Source: Candidatus Saccharimonadales bacterium (lineage in GTDB: Bacteria > Chloroflexota > Dormibacteria > Aeolococcales > Aeolococcaceae). From it: DNA of 64,000 bases. The notes under the pieces are model-generated. The model was not told where the DNA came from. It ran no database searches and saw nothing but the letters and a program-made list of their open reading frames with translations. A program made the translations under genes and the position numbers. Below, piece by piece: positions 26,614-36,779 of the stretch (position 1 is its first letter; each line of letters starts with the position of its first letter). The stretch covers positions 35,961-99,960 of the forward strand of contig DATLRB010000073.1 in NCBI GenBank assembly GCA_035534875.1, in the 5' to 3' direction.

Positions 26614-27224
26614 CCGAGCAACCGCGCGAGTGGTTTGCGCGTCCGACGGCCACGGTCGCCCGGGACCTGGTCGGTTGCCGGCTCGTCGTGGACGCGGGAA
26701 CGCCCGGCGCGGTCGTCGCGCGGATCGTCGAGACCGAGGCGTACCTCGGCACCGGCGATCCCGCCTCACATGCATTCCGGGGTCCGACGCCCCGGTCGCG
26801 GGTGATGTTCGGTCCGGCCGCGCACCTCTACGTGTATTTCACGTACGGGATGCACCACTGCGCGAACGTGGTCACCGAGGTGGACGGCGTGGCGGGGGCG
26901 GTGCTCCTCCGAGCCGCGGCGGTGGAGGAGGGTGCGGCGACGGTGGCGGCTCGGCGCGGCGGCCTTCGGTCCGGCGCCGCGCTGCTCCGCGGGCCGGGAA
27001 ACCTCTGCCGGGGTCTGAGGATCACGCGCGACGACGATGGCATCGACCTGGTCGACCCTGCCTCGCGAATCCACATCGTTCGGCGCGGGGCGACGCCCCC
27101 GATCACCGTCGGGACCCGCGTGGGCCTGCGGCATGCGACCGACCGGCTGCTCCGGTTCACCTGGCTGGGCGACCCTGCGGTGTCGCGCCCCCTTCCACAC
27201 GATGCCGGCGAAACCCGGCCATGA
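26589..27224 (+). CDS. mpg: DNA-3-methyladenine glycosylase (Mpg/AAG family)
   Basis: FFARPTATVARDLVGCRLVV...ARIVETEAY...DPASHAFRG.T.R..VMFGP.GHLYVYF.YGMHHC.N is the AAG-family core. Start uncertain: the listed ATG overlaps the pheT end. Confidence 0.7.
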   Translation: MRRRDSPVAEQPREWFARPTATVARDLVGCRLVVDAGTPGAVVARIVETEAYLGTGDPASHAFRGPTPRSRVMFGPAAHLYVYFTYGMHHCANVVTEVDGVAGAVLLRAAAVEEGAATVAARRGGLRSGAALLRGPGNLCRGLRITRDDDGIDLVDPASRIHIVRRGATPPITVGTRVGLRHATDRLLRFTWLGDPAVSRPLPHDAGETRP

Positions 27225-27237
27225 CCGGCACAAAGAG

Positions 27238-27264
27238 AAGGGGCCGGACTGACGCCGGCCCCTT
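27238..27264 (+). terminator. Terminator-like hairpin AAGGGGCCGG-actgacg-CCGGCCCCTT 14 nt downstream of mpg
   Basis: 10-bp perfect GC-rich stem seen in the sequence. Weak U-tract. Confidence 0.4.
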
Positions 27265-27615
27265 CGATAAATGCACCGTTTCTTGGACGGCAGCCCGGTA
27301 GAAATTCCCGGGCTCTTGGTGGCACCGCTACCGGTGCCGGGTCTGAGAAACGCCCGGCACGAACTCCCGCCCGCACAACGCGCACTTGCCTCTGTTTCAG
27401 GCCATCCCGGGGGACGCCGATTGCCCAGCGACCTCGACGGTGGCGCAATGGATGTGCGGTCCAGGGGCCCGTCAGCCGGGCCTCAACCCTCCGCTCGGCC
27501 GTGCCGGAAACGCTGCCAGACGGTTCGCAACATCGGGGTGGCTACCTCCGTCTGATTACCAATGCTCCCTCCAACGATAGACCTGTTCCCCGCCGACCAC
27601 AAGGAGCGCGAGGCC

Positions 27616-27643
27616 TAGACTGGGTTCAGGGCTGCGCTAGAAT
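27616..27643 (+). promoter_or_regulatory. Candidate sigma-A-type promoter (TAGACT-N16-TAGAAT) about 28 nt upstream of yebC
   Basis: Hexamers seen in the sequence. The -10 context CTGCGCTAGAATCGG is nearly identical to CTGCGTAGAATCGG upstream of thrS. Confidence 0.3.
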
Positions 27644-27671
27644 CGGAACGCCTGTTCGTCTCGGAGGATCC

Positions 27672-28430
27672 ATGTCCGGTCACAGCAAGTGGGCTGGAAT
27701 CAAGCACAAGAAGGCAATCGTCGACGCTCGCCGCGGCCAGGTCTTCACCAAGGTCACGCGTGAGCTGACCGTTGCCGCACGCGAGGGCGGCCCTGATGTC
27801 GAAGGCAACTTCCGGCTGCGACTGGCCATGCAGAAGGCTCGCGAGGTGAATATGCCCGCGGACAACATCGAGCGTGCGATCCAGCGCGGTGCGGGCGGCA
27901 AGGACGGCGTGCAGCTCGAGGAGGTTCGCTACGAAGGATATGGGCCGCACGGTGTCGCCGTCATGGTCGACACGCTGACGGACAACCGCAACCGAACGGT
28001 TGCGGGGATTCGCAATGCGTTCACGCGCTCGGGGGGCACGCTCGGCGAGGCGAACAGCGTCGCCTGGATGTTCAACCAGCAGGGTGTCATCAGCATCGAG
28101 GCGGGGAAGCGCGACCCCGAGGACCTCGCCCTCGAGTTGCTCGACGCGGTCGACGTCGGCGAGGACGGCGACGTCAGCGTCGACGGGGACGACGTGGTGG
28201 TGACCGTCGCTCCCTCACGTTTCGAAGCGGTCCGGCGCACGCTCGAGGAACGCAACTATCCGGTCGACTCCGCGGAGGTGACCATGAACCCGACCACCTC
28301 GGTGGTGCTCGACGCGTCGCAGGCACGCCAGGTCCTCCGTCTGCTCGACGGGCTCGAGGAGCACGATGACGTGCAGCAGGTCTACGCCAACGCCGAGATA
28401 CCGGACGACGTCCTTGACGCTGCCGGCTGA
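27672..28430 (+). CDS. yebC: YebC/PmpR-family transcriptional regulator
   Basis: MSGHSKWAGIKHKKA... is the invariant family N-terminus. The RBS GGAGGA lies 4-9 nt upstream. Confidence 0.9.
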   Translation: MSGHSKWAGIKHKKAIVDARRGQVFTKVTRELTVAAREGGPDVEGNFRLRLAMQKAREVNMPADNIERAIQRGAGGKDGVQLEEVRYEGYGPHGVAVMVDTLTDNRNRTVAGIRNAFTRSGGTLGEANSVAWMFNQQGVISIEAGKRDPEDLALELLDAVDVGEDGDVSVDGDDVVVTVAPSRFEAVRRTLEERNYPVDSAEVTMNPTTSVVLDASQARQVLRLLDGLEEHDDVQQVYANAEIPDDVLDAAG

Positions 28431-28451
28431 CCGCGGCGCCGACCGACGCGG

Positions 28452-29018
28452 ATGAGAGTGCTCGGGGTCGACCCGGGTCTCGCGCGCACCGGCGTGGCGA
28501 TCGTCGACGGCACCCCGGGACACCTGGTCCTGCTACACGCGGCCTGCATCGAGACCGTGCCGCAGACGAGCGAGGCTGCGCGGCTCGCGATGCTCTTCGA
28601 CCTGGTCGTCGACGCCTGCACGTCACTGCGGCCGGAGGTTGCGGCGGTCGAGGAGCTGTTCTTCTCGACGAACCGGCGGACCGCGATGCGAGTCAGCGAA
28701 GCGCGCGGGGTCGTCCTGTGCGCGCTCGCCCGCGAGGGTGTCGCCGTCGCCGAGTACACGCCGACTCAGGTGAAGGAAGCTGTGTGCGGCTACGGCGCGG
28801 CTCGCAAGCCACAGGTCGCGCGTATGGTCGCCAACCTGCTGGGGGTGCCGGGCATTCCCGGGCACGACGATGTTGCCGACGCGTGCGCCGTCGCCGTTTG
28901 CCACCACCATCGCGGACGGCTCGGCGCGCTGACATCTCGCGCGCGCGTCCATCGCGAAAGCGCCCTCGACGTGGCGATCGGCCGCGCGCGAGCAGCGCTG
29001 TCGCGCAGCGTTCCATGA
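28452..29018 (+). CDS. ruvC: Holliday junction resolvase RuvC
   Basis: MRVLGVDPGLARTGVAIVD... with RNase-H-fold catalytic residues. Confidence 0.9.
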   Translation: MRVLGVDPGLARTGVAIVDGTPGHLVLLHAACIETVPQTSEAARLAMLFDLVVDACTSLRPEVAAVEELFFSTNRRTAMRVSEARGVVLCALAREGVAVAEYTPTQVKEAVCGYGAARKPQVARMVANLLGVPGIPGHDDVADACAVAVCHHHRGRLGALTSRARVHRESALDVAIGRARAALSRSVP

Positions 29019-29629
29019 TCGCGCTCATCCGCGGGGAACTCGTCAGCATCGGTGACGACCACGTCGTCGTCGACACCGGCGGCGTCGGCTATGAGGTGTT
29101 CTGCCACCTGCGCACGATCGCGACGCTGCACACGTCGCGGATCCCGGAGGTGACCCTCCACGTGCACACGAGCGTCAGCGCCGACGCGATCCGCCTCTAC
29201 GGCTTTGTGACCCATGACGAGCTGCGCCTGTTCCGCCTCCTCATCGGCGTCGAGCGCATCGGTCCGAAGGCAGCCCTCGGGATCCTCGGACGATCCGAGC
29301 TCCCAACGCTCGTCCGGGCCATTGCCGAAGGGGATATCGCGCTGGTTGCGACGGTGCCGGGGATCGGACGCAAGACGGCGGAGCGCGTGATCCTCGAGCT
29401 GCGCGACAAGGTGGCCCCCCTCGAACCTCCGGGCACGCATCACCCCGCCGAGACCCGCGAGGACGAGGCGGTGGCTGCCGCCATCGCCGGGCTCGTGGGC
29501 CTCGGGTTCCGCGAGGCCGAAGCCCGCAACGCGGTCGCGGCGATCGCCGTCGACGGAGACGGACACGATGTCGCCGATCTGGTCGGTGCGGCGCTTCGCC
29601 GGCTCGACTCGGCGGGTGCCGGGCGATGA
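29015..29629 (+). CDS. ruvA: Holliday junction branch-migration protein RuvA
   Basis: MIALIRGEL... with OB fold, HhH motifs LIGVERIGPKAALGIL / VPGIGRKTAERVILEL and a C-terminal domain III. ATGA overlap. Confidence 0.9.
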   Translation: MIALIRGELVSIGDDHVVVDTGGVGYEVFCHLRTIATLHTSRIPEVTLHVHTSVSADAIRLYGFVTHDELRLFRLLIGVERIGPKAALGILGRSELPTLVRAIAEGDIALVATVPGIGRKTAERVILELRDKVAPLEPPGTHHPAETREDEAVAAAIAGLVGLGFREAEARNAVAAIAVDGDGHDVADLVGAALRRLDSAGAGR

Positions 29630-30672
29630 CCGACGAACGCGTGGTCAGCCCCGAGGAGTTGGAGGCGGAGCGGATCGCCGACACGGCGCTCCGGCCGCGC
29701 AGCCTCGACGACTTCGTCGGTCAGGCCGCCATCAAGAACCAGATCCGGATCCTCGTCGAAGCCGCCCGGCATCGTGGCGACGCGCTCGATCACGTGCTCC
29801 TCTACGGGCCGCCCGGGCTCGGCAAGACGACCCTCGCCCAGATCATCGCCGTGGAGATGGGGGTCAGCATTCGCCTGACCAGCGGGCCCGCCCTCGAGCA
29901 CCAGGGAATGCTGGCGTCGATCCTCACGAGCCTCGAGGAGCGCGACGTGTTCTTCATCGACGAGGTGCACCGTCTCAACCGCGCGGTGGAGGAGGCGCTC
30001 TATCCGGCGATGGAGGACCTCGCGTTCGACTTCGTGGCGGGCAAGGGCGCGGGAGCGCAGACGCTCCGGTTGACGCTCAATCGCTTCACGGTCATCGGTG
30101 CCACGACCCGGGCCGGCGCGCTCGGGGCGCCGCTCCGCGATCGTTTCGGAGTCACCTTCCGGCTCGACTTCTACGACGCGGATGACCTCATCGCCATCGC
30201 CAAGCGTTCGGCGCGGCTGCTCGGCATCGCTCTGGACCCCGAGGGCGCGGCGATGATCGCCGGACGCTCCCGCGGGACCCCGCGCATCGTCAATCGCCTG
30301 CTTCGGCGGGCTCGCGACTATGCCCAGGTGCGTGCCGCGGGCCGCATCGATGTCGGCGTGGCCGCAGCAGCCCTCGACGTCCTCGGCATCGATTCGATCG
30401 GGCTCGACGAGCTCGACCGCCGTGTCCTCGGCGTGCTGTGCGGAACGCTGGGCGGCCACGCCGTCGGGGTCCAGACCATCGCGGTGAGCGTGCAGGAGGA
30501 CCCGGACACCATCGAGGACATCGTCGAGCCCTTCCTGATCCGTCGGGGCCTGCTGGCTCGCACCCTGCGCGGCCGCCTCGCCACAGCCGCCGCCTACCAG
30601 CACCTCGGCCTGCCGGTGCCCGCCGGTGCCCCCGGCGCGACGGAGGCGCAGACCGCGCTCTTCGAGCGTTGA
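29626..30672 (+). CDS. ruvB: Holliday junction ATP-dependent helicase RuvB
   Basis: Walker A GPPGLGKTTLA, Walker B FFIDEVHRL, and a winged-helix C-domain. Confidence 0.95.
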   Translation: MTDERVVSPEELEAERIADTALRPRSLDDFVGQAAIKNQIRILVEAARHRGDALDHVLLYGPPGLGKTTLAQIIAVEMGVSIRLTSGPALEHQGMLASILTSLEERDVFFIDEVHRLNRAVEEALYPAMEDLAFDFVAGKGAGAQTLRLTLNRFTVIGATTRAGALGAPLRDRFGVTFRLDFYDADDLIAIAKRSARLLGIALDPEGAAMIAGRSRGTPRIVNRLLRRARDYAQVRAAGRIDVGVAAAALDVLGIDSIGLDELDRRVLGVLCGTLGGHAVGVQTIAVSVQEDPDTIEDIVEPFLIRRGLLARTLRGRLATAAAYQHLGLPVPAGAPGATEAQTALFER

Positions 30673-31700
30673 AGTCCGCCGACTTCGACTACCCGCTCCC
30701 CGCGGAGCGGATCGCGCAGGAGCCCCTTGCCGAACGCGACGCGTCGCGGCTGCTCCACCTGCCCCCGGGAGGGGGTCTCGAGGACCGGGGATTTCGCGAA
30801 CTCCCCGCGCTGCTCCAAACCGGCGATCTGCTGGTCGTCAACGACACGAGAGTTCGGCGTGCCCGGCTCCGTGGGGTCGACGCTGCCGGACGCGACATCG
30901 AGCTCCTCGTGCTCTCGCGCGAGGAGGGCGCAGAGTATCGGTGCCTCGCCCGTCCTGCGCGCCTGGCCACTGCGGGCGCCGTGATTCGGTTCGGCGCCGA
31001 TCTCAGCGCCACGATCCTCGCCGTGTCGGCGACCCACCCCGGCGGACGCACGGTGTCCTTCGACGCCGACGACCCCGACGCTGCGATCGAACGCGCCGGT
31101 GTCGCCCCGCTGCCCCCGTACATCCACACGGATCTGCGCGACCCGGAGCGCTACCAGACCACGTACGCGGAAGGGGATCCCGACTCGGCCGCCGCACCGA
31201 CAGCGGGGCTGCACTTCACAGCCGAGGTGATTCGGCGCTTGCGCGAGGCCGGCATCGGGTGGGCAACGCTGCGATTGGACGTCGGCCTTGCAACGTTCGC
31301 TCCGATCCGCGCCGACAGCGTCGAGGATCACCCGATGCATGAGGAGCGGTACGCGCTTCCGGCAGCGACGGCGCTGGCCGCCGAGCAGACGCGCCGCGGA
31401 GGGGGGCGCGTCGTCGCGGTCGGCACCACGGTGGTCCGCGTGCTCGAGACATGCGCACAGGACGGCGGAACGCTGCGGGCGGGGACGGGCATCACCAGCC
31501 TCTTCATCCGTCCGGGGTTTCGCTTTCGCGCGGTTGACGGGCTGCTGACCAACTTTCATCAGCCACGCTCCTCGCTGCTCGTCCTCCTTGCGGCGTTCAT
31601 CGGCGAAGAACGGTGGCAGAGCGCCTACGCGCACGCGATCGAGTCCGGGTATCGATTCCTGTCACTCGGCGATTGCATGCTCTGCTGGCACGCGCCATGA
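30669..31700 (+). CDS. queA: S-adenosylmethionine:tRNA ribosyltransferase-isomerase
   Basis: DFDYPLPAERIAQEPLAERDASRLLHL... plus PPYI and GTT motifs. TTG start overlapping the ruvB stop. Confidence 0.85.
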   Translation: MKSADFDYPLPAERIAQEPLAERDASRLLHLPPGGGLEDRGFRELPALLQTGDLLVVNDTRVRRARLRGVDAAGRDIELLVLSREEGAEYRCLARPARLATAGAVIRFGADLSATILAVSATHPGGRTVSFDADDPDAAIERAGVAPLPPYIHTDLRDPERYQTTYAEGDPDSAAAPTAGLHFTAEVIRRLREAGIGWATLRLDVGLATFAPIRADSVEDHPMHEERYALPAATALAAEQTRRGGGRVVAVGTTVVRVLETCAQDGGTLRAGTGITSLFIRPGFRFRAVDGLLTNFHQPRSSLLVLLAAFIGEERWQSAYAHAIESGYRFLSLGDCMLCWHAP

Positions 31701-32809
31701 CCTCCGCAATCGCGATCGAGGCGGTCGACGGTGACGCGCGTGCCGGAACACTGATGACCATGCACGGCTCGGTGCGCACCCCGGCCTTCATGCCGGTCGG
31801 CACGCACGCCACGGTGAAGGCACTGCATCCCGACGAGGTGCGCGCCACCGGCGTCGACATCCTGCTCTGCAACGCGTACCACCTCGCCCTGCGACCCGGG
31901 ATCGACCTCATCGAGCGGGCGGGTGGGCTGCACTCGTTCATGGGCTGGGACCATCCCATCCTCACCGACAGCGGTGGCTACCAGCTGGTCAGCCTCTCCC
32001 AGGTCGCCGTGGTCGACGACGACGGGGCCACCTTCGTCTCACCCTACGACGGCTCGCGGCTCCGGGTGACCCCCGAGGAGGCGGTCCGCAACCAGGCACG
32101 GCTCGGCGCCGACGTCCTCATGTGTCTCGACCACCCGGTTGCCCACGGAACCGCGGCCGGCGCCGCGCGGGACGCGACCGAGCGCACGCACCGATGGGCC
32201 GAGCGATGCCGGGCGGCACATCCCGGCGATGGCCGGCTGCTCTTCGGCATCGCACAGGGAGGGTTCGACGCCGGCGCGCGGCGCGAATCGGCACGATTCA
32301 TGGCCGGGCTCGACTTCGACGGCGTGGCAATCGGAGGCCTCTCGGTGGGGGAGCCCGTCGAAACGATGCTCGCCATGACCGAGGCGACCGTGGCCGAGCT
32401 TGCGGCCGACCGCGCCCGCTACTTCATGGGGCTCGGGACCGACTCCGAGCTCCTGGCCGCGGTGGCGCTCGGGGTCGACATGTTCGACTGCGTGGTGCCG
32501 ACACGGCTGGCACGCAACGGCAGCGCCCTGACGCCCGACGGTCGCCTCTCGCTGCGCAACGCCGCCGCTCGGGAGGATTTCGACCCCATCGACCCCGACT
32601 GTCCGTGCGCCGCATGCGCGGGCTTCTCGCGCGCGTATCTCCGTCACCTCTTCCAGTCCGGCGAGATCCTGGCTCACCGCCTCGTGAGCCTGCACAACGT
32701 CACCCACCTCGCCGGGCTGATGGCAGGAGCCCGTGCGGCGATCCGGAGCGGCACCTTCGCGACCTTCAGGGCGGAGCGAGATGGCCGGCTCCGCTCGGCG
32801 CCCCGGTAG
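31697..32809 (+). CDS. tgt: Queuine tRNA-ribosyltransferase
   Basis: TPAFMPVGT, TDSGGYQ and the Zn site CxCxxC...H (CPCAACAGFSRAYLRHL). Confidence 0.95.
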   Translation: MTSAIAIEAVDGDARAGTLMTMHGSVRTPAFMPVGTHATVKALHPDEVRATGVDILLCNAYHLALRPGIDLIERAGGLHSFMGWDHPILTDSGGYQLVSLSQVAVVDDDGATFVSPYDGSRLRVTPEEAVRNQARLGADVLMCLDHPVAHGTAAGAARDATERTHRWAERCRAAHPGDGRLLFGIAQGGFDAGARRESARFMAGLDFDGVAIGGLSVGEPVETMLAMTEATVAELAADRARYFMGLGTDSELLAAVALGVDMFDCVVPTRLARNGSALTPDGRLSLRNAAAREDFDPIDPDCPCAACAGFSRAYLRHLFQSGEILAHRLVSLHNVTHLAGLMAGARAAIRSGTFATFRAERDGRLRSAPR

Positions 32810-32821
32810 ACTGGACGACCC

Positions 32822-35287
32822 GTGTTCAGGATTACGCGTTTCCGTCTGGCCGTCGTCCTCCTGGTCGTGGTCGGCGCCTTCTTCATCGACGGCTACAGCC
32901 TCATCTACCGCTACCTGGTCGTCCATCAGCCACTGGGTCAGACGCTGACATCGGCCCCATCCTTCCTGGGCCGCCAGCTGTATATCCATAAAGGGCTGGA
33001 CCTCCAGGGCGGCACCGAGCTGACCATCGAGATCTGCCACGGGCTCAACAACCCCAACGCCGACTGCCGCAACGGGCCGCCGCGCGGAGCCTCGCTCGAG
33101 CAGGCCCAGCAGGCGACGATCCCGATCCTCGACCTTCGGGTCAACTCGCTCGGCGTCTCTGAGGCGAGCGTCCAGGCCCAGGGCAATGATCAGATTCTCG
33201 TCCAGTTGCCGGGTGTCGGCCTCAAACAGGCGGTCGACACCATTGGAACGACGTCGAGACTGTATTTCGCGACCCCCGTGCCGGGCGCCGCGACGATTCC
33301 TCCGAGCGCGGCGCTCATCCGCGACCAGCTGGGCCACTACGATCCGCTCCAGTTCGCAAACACGGCGCTCTACCCATCCGGCTACCACTGGAAGATCGAT
33401 CAGAACATCGACGCGACCGACGTCAACTCGGCGACGGTCGGCACCGACTCCACCAGTGGCCAGATCACGGTGGACATCAACTTCAACGCGGCCGGCGCGA
33501 GTGAGTGGTCCAAGATCACCACGGCCGCCAACAGCGTCTACGTGTCCAACCCGAGCAGCCCGCTCGCGCAGATCGCCATCTTCCTGGACAACGACATCCT
33601 GACCGCGCCCGTCGTGCAGGGCGGCGGCCAGAGCAACATGACGCAGATCACCGGCGGCTTCACCTCCGACACGGCGACCCAGCTCGCGAGCCTGATCAGC
33701 GCGGGGGCGCTGCCCGCGGAGATCACGACGGTCACCAGCACCACGGTGAGCGCGACGCTCGGACAGCAGTCGGTGACCCTCAGCCTGATCGCAGGCGGTA
33801 TCGGGCTCCTGATCGTCGTGATCTTCATGATCGGCTACTACCGATTCCCCGGCCTCCTCGCCACCGTCGCCCTCTTCATCTACGCCGCGATCGTGCTGGC
33901 GCTGTTCAAGCTGATCCCGGTGACGCTGTCGCTGGCGGGATTGGCGGGCTTCGTCCTCAGCGTCGGCATGGCGGTCGACGCAAACGTCCTGATATTCGAG
34001 CGCACCCGTGACGAGTTACGTCATGGGAGAAGTGTGCCTCTGGCCGTGGAGACGGGCTTCCGCCGCGCCTTTCCTGCCATTCGTGACAGCAACATCTCCA
34101 CCCTGATCACCTGCGCCATCCTCGCGTTCTTCGGCACCGACGTCGTCCGGGGCTTCGCCATCACCCTCGCGATCGGCGTCATCGTCTCGTTCTTCACAGC
34201 GATCACCATCACGCGATCGCTGTTCGCGTGGGTGCTCAGCTGGAGGATCGGCCGCGATCCTCGCCTCTACACCGAGATCCACGAGGAATTCGCGGAGCAT
34301 CCGCCGCGGGGTCGCTTCGACATCGTCAAGAACCGCAACTGGTACTTCGCCGGATCGCTCGCGGTCATCATCCCGGGCATCCTCGCGATCCTCTTCTGGG
34401 GCTTCAACCTCGGGATCGACTTCAAGGGCGGCAATCTCGTCGACGTCGGCCTTGCCAAGACCGTGACCCAGGCGCAGGTGGCGGCGGTCATGGACAAGGA
34501 TTTCGCCAGCCTGCGGCCGCAGGTGCAGCAGGAGGGCACGACGGGCAACCAGAAAAGTCATTTCGCCATCTCCACGCTGCCGTCGGACAGCGCGCAGCTC
34601 GTGCAGATCCAGAACACGCTGAACAGCAACTTCACGATCGCGACGAACAAGGGCCAACCGGACATCAGCGTTCAGCAGGTCGGGCCGACGATCGCCGCGA
34701 GCCTCGTCACGGGCGCGATCATCATGATCTTCGTTTCGGCGGGAGCCATCGCCGTGTATCTCGCTTTCGCCTTCCGGCGCCAGCGAGCGATCTCGCCGTG
34801 GCGCTTCAGCGCGTGCGCGTTCTTCAAGCTGCTGCATGACGTGTTCGTGCTGGCCGGGATCTGGGCGATCCTCGGCCACTTCTCCAATCTGGGCCAGGTC
34901 GACTCGCTCTTCGTCACCGCGGTGCTGACCTCGGTGGCGTTCTCGATTCACGACACCATCGTGGTCTTCGACCGCGTGCGCGAGAACCTCCGTGTCGGTC
35001 CCCGCCTGACGTTCGACCAGGTGATCAATCTCTCGACGGTGCAGACCATGACGCGGTCATTGAACACGTCGCTCACAGTCGTGTTCGTGCTCCTGTCGCT
35101 GGTCATCTTCGGCGGGGACTCGATCCGCGGGTTCGTCCTCGCGCTGCTGATCGGCATCGTGACCGGCACGTACAGCTCGATCTTCAACGCCAGCACCCTT
35201 CTGGTCGCATGGGAGAAGGCTCGCAGCTCGCGAGCGGCGGCGCCACCACCTGCCGGCCGGAGACGGGTCGCCCCCCGGACGGCGTAG
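32822..35287 (+). CDS. secDF: Protein translocase subunit SecDF (SecD and SecF fused in one 821-aa polypeptide)
   Basis: N-terminal TM helix and a large periplasmic P1 domain, then two 6-TM bundles with conserved SecD/SecF motifs (GIDFKGG, TLTLAGIAGFILSIGMAVD-like). No yajC lies between tgt and secDF. Confidence 0.85.
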   Translation: MFRITRFRLAVVLLVVVGAFFIDGYSLIYRYLVVHQPLGQTLTSAPSFLGRQLYIHKGLDLQGGTELTIEICHGLNNPNADCRNGPPRGASLEQAQQATIPILDLRVNSLGVSEASVQAQGNDQILVQLPGVGLKQAVDTIGTTSRLYFATPVPGAATIPPSAALIRDQLGHYDPLQFANTALYPSGYHWKIDQNIDATDVNSATVGTDSTSGQITVDINFNAAGASEWSKITTAANSVYVSNPSSPLAQIAIFLDNDILTAPVVQGGGQSNMTQITGGFTSDTATQLASLISAGALPAEITTVTSTTVSATLGQQSVTLSLIAGGIGLLIVVIFMIGYYRFPGLLATVALFIYAAIVLALFKLIPVTLSLAGLAGFVLSVGMAVDANVLIFERTRDELRHGRSVPLAVETGFRRAFPAIRDSNISTLITCAILAFFGTDVVRGFAITLAIGVIVSFFTAITITRSLFAWVLSWRIGRDPRLYTEIHEEFAEHPPRGRFDIVKNRNWYFAGSLAVIIPGILAILFWGFNLGIDFKGGNLVDVGLAKTVTQAQVAAVMDKDFASLRPQVQQEGTTGNQKSHFAISTLPSDSAQLVQIQNTLNSNFTIATNKGQPDISVQQVGPTIAASLVTGAIIMIFVSAGAIAVYLAFAFRRQRAISPWRFSACAFFKLLHDVFVLAGIWAILGHFSNLGQVDSLFVTAVLTSVAFSIHDTIVVFDRVRENLRVGPRLTFDQVINLSTVQTMTRSLNTSLTVVFVLLSLVIFGGDSIRGFVLALLIGIVTGTYSSIFNASTLLVAWEKARSSRAAAPPPAGRRRVAPRTA

Positions 35288-35316
35288 GCCTCGCCGCCCC
35301 CAGGGCATCACAACAT

Positions 35317-35787
35317 ATGAACACCGACGACGTCTCCGGCATCGCCTCCCTGCTGCGCCCGTCCTTCGCCCATCTCGGCATCGACCTCGTCGACGTCCAG
35401 TGGATGGGGCGCGGACGCGGCGCCGTGCTCCGCCTGGTGATCGACCGCGCTGACGGCGGGGTGACCCTCGACGACTGCGAGCGCGCGTCCAACACCGCCT
35501 CGGCGGTCCTCGACGTGAATGATCCGATCGACCACCCGTACCGGCTCGAGGTGAGCTCGCCGGGCGCCGAGAGGCCGATCCGGCGAGCCGGGGAGTGGGA
35601 CGCAGCGGTCGGACGCCGCGTCAACGTCCGCCTGCGCGAGGGGGAGTCCGAACTGGTGCTCGAGGGCAAGCTCGTCTCGGTCGCCGGCGACGCGGCCGAG
35701 ATCGAGGTTCGCGATCGACGGACCACCCGGGCCGTCTCGTTCTCGATCGAGGCGGTGGTGGCGGCCAGGATCGTCGTCGACATCTGA
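35317..35787 (+). CDS. rimP: Ribosome maturation factor RimP
   Basis: Position immediately 5' of nusA and 156-aa size. DUF150-like sequence (VLRLVIDRADGGVTLDDCERAS..., LEVSSPG.ERP). Confidence 0.8.
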   Translation: MNTDDVSGIASLLRPSFAHLGIDLVDVQWMGRGRGAVLRLVIDRADGGVTLDDCERASNTASAVLDVNDPIDHPYRLEVSSPGAERPIRRAGEWDAAVGRRVNVRLREGESELVLEGKLVSVAGDAAEIEVRDRRTTRAVSFSIEAVVAARIVVDI

Positions 35788-36779
35788 TGACCGCCCCGGC
35801 CGCGACCCTGAGCGCGCTGCGAGACCTCGCGGCCGCGACTCCGCTGAGTGAGGCCGACATCACCAGCGCGGTGGAGCAGGGTGTGGCGACCGCCTACCGG
35901 CGCCTGGTCGTCGACGATCCTCAGGTCCGAGCCCGGGTGAACCTCGAGTCTGGAAGCTTTGTCGTCTACCGCCTTGACGACGAGGGCGCAGAGCAGCCGC
36001 TCCACGTGGACGTCCCGGATTTTCCCCGCCAGGCCGCTGCCGCCGCGCGAGCCGCGGTCGCCGAGCGCCTGGCGAGCTTCGAGCAGCGCCGGATCCTCGG
36101 TGAGGGGTCGACTCAGCGGGGCGTGCTCCGCGATGCGATCGTCGAGCGGCGGATGGGGACGATCTGGTATGTCGACGCGGCGGGGGTTCCGGGGATGCTG
36201 CCTCCCGAGGAGCAGATCCCCGGCGAGCGCCTCGCCGTCCGCGACCACATCAAGGTGGTGATCGTCGAGGGCCGCCGCAAGGGAACCGACGCCGTCGTCG
36301 TGGTGTCGCGATCCCACCCGCAGCTCGTCCACCGGCTCATGGAGCAGGAGGTGCCGGAGTTGCAGAGCGGCCAGGTCGTGATCCGCGCCATCGCGCGGGA
36401 CCCCGGCCGCCGAACCAAGGTCGCCGTCGACGCGCCCGACGGCGACGTCGATCCTCAGGGGGCGTGCATCGGGAGAAACGGCGTGCGGCAGCGGGCGGTC
36501 ACCTCCGAGCTCGGCGAGGAGCAGGTGCAGATCGTGGCCTGGTCCGCCGACCCGTCCATCTTCGTGATGAACTCCCTCATCCCGGCGGTCGCTCAGGGTG
36601 TCGAGCTCGACCTCGAATCCCGAACCGCGCACATCGCGGTGGCGGCTGACCAGCTCTCCCTTGCGATCGGCCGGGGCGGCGAGAATGCTCGTCTCGCCGC
36701 GCGATTGACCGGCTGGCGCATCGACATCCGCGGGGACGATCCCCAGGCGGGCGACGTCATGACAGACGAGCGGGATTGA
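35787..36779 (+). CDS. nusA: Transcription termination/antitermination factor NusA (short form without C-terminal AR repeats)
   Basis: S1 and KH domains (GRNGVRQRAVTSELGEEQVQIV; IGRGGENARLAARLTGWRIDI). Confidence 0.9.
   Translation: MTAPAATLSALRDLAAATPLSEADITSAVEQGVATAYRRLVVDDPQVRARVNLESGSFVVYRLDDEGAEQPLHVDVPDFPRQAAAAARAAVAERLASFEQRRILGEGSTQRGVLRDAIVERRMGTIWYVDAAGVPGMLPPEEQIPGERLAVRDHIKVVIVEGRRKGTDAVVVVSRSHPQLVHRLMEQEVPELQSGQVVIRAIARDPGRRTKVAVDAPDGDVDPQGACIGRNGVRQRAVTSELGEEQVQIVAWSADPSIFVMNSLIPAVAQGVELDLESRTAHIAVAADQLSLAIGRGGENARLAARLTGWRIDIRGDDPQAGDVMTDERD

Noticed and set aside
23977-26775. Three long minus-strand ORFs (462, 521, 458 aa) across pheS/pheT
   Set aside because: Antisense to the strongly supported pheS-pheT genes. 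The compositions (R/A/G/P/S-rich) are typical high-GC shadow ORFs.
33000-33550. Locally lower GC inside secDF
   Set aside because: It corresponds to the Thr/Ser/Asn/Gln-rich periplasmic P1 domain of SecD. This is a compositional effect of the protein sequence, not a foreign insertion.
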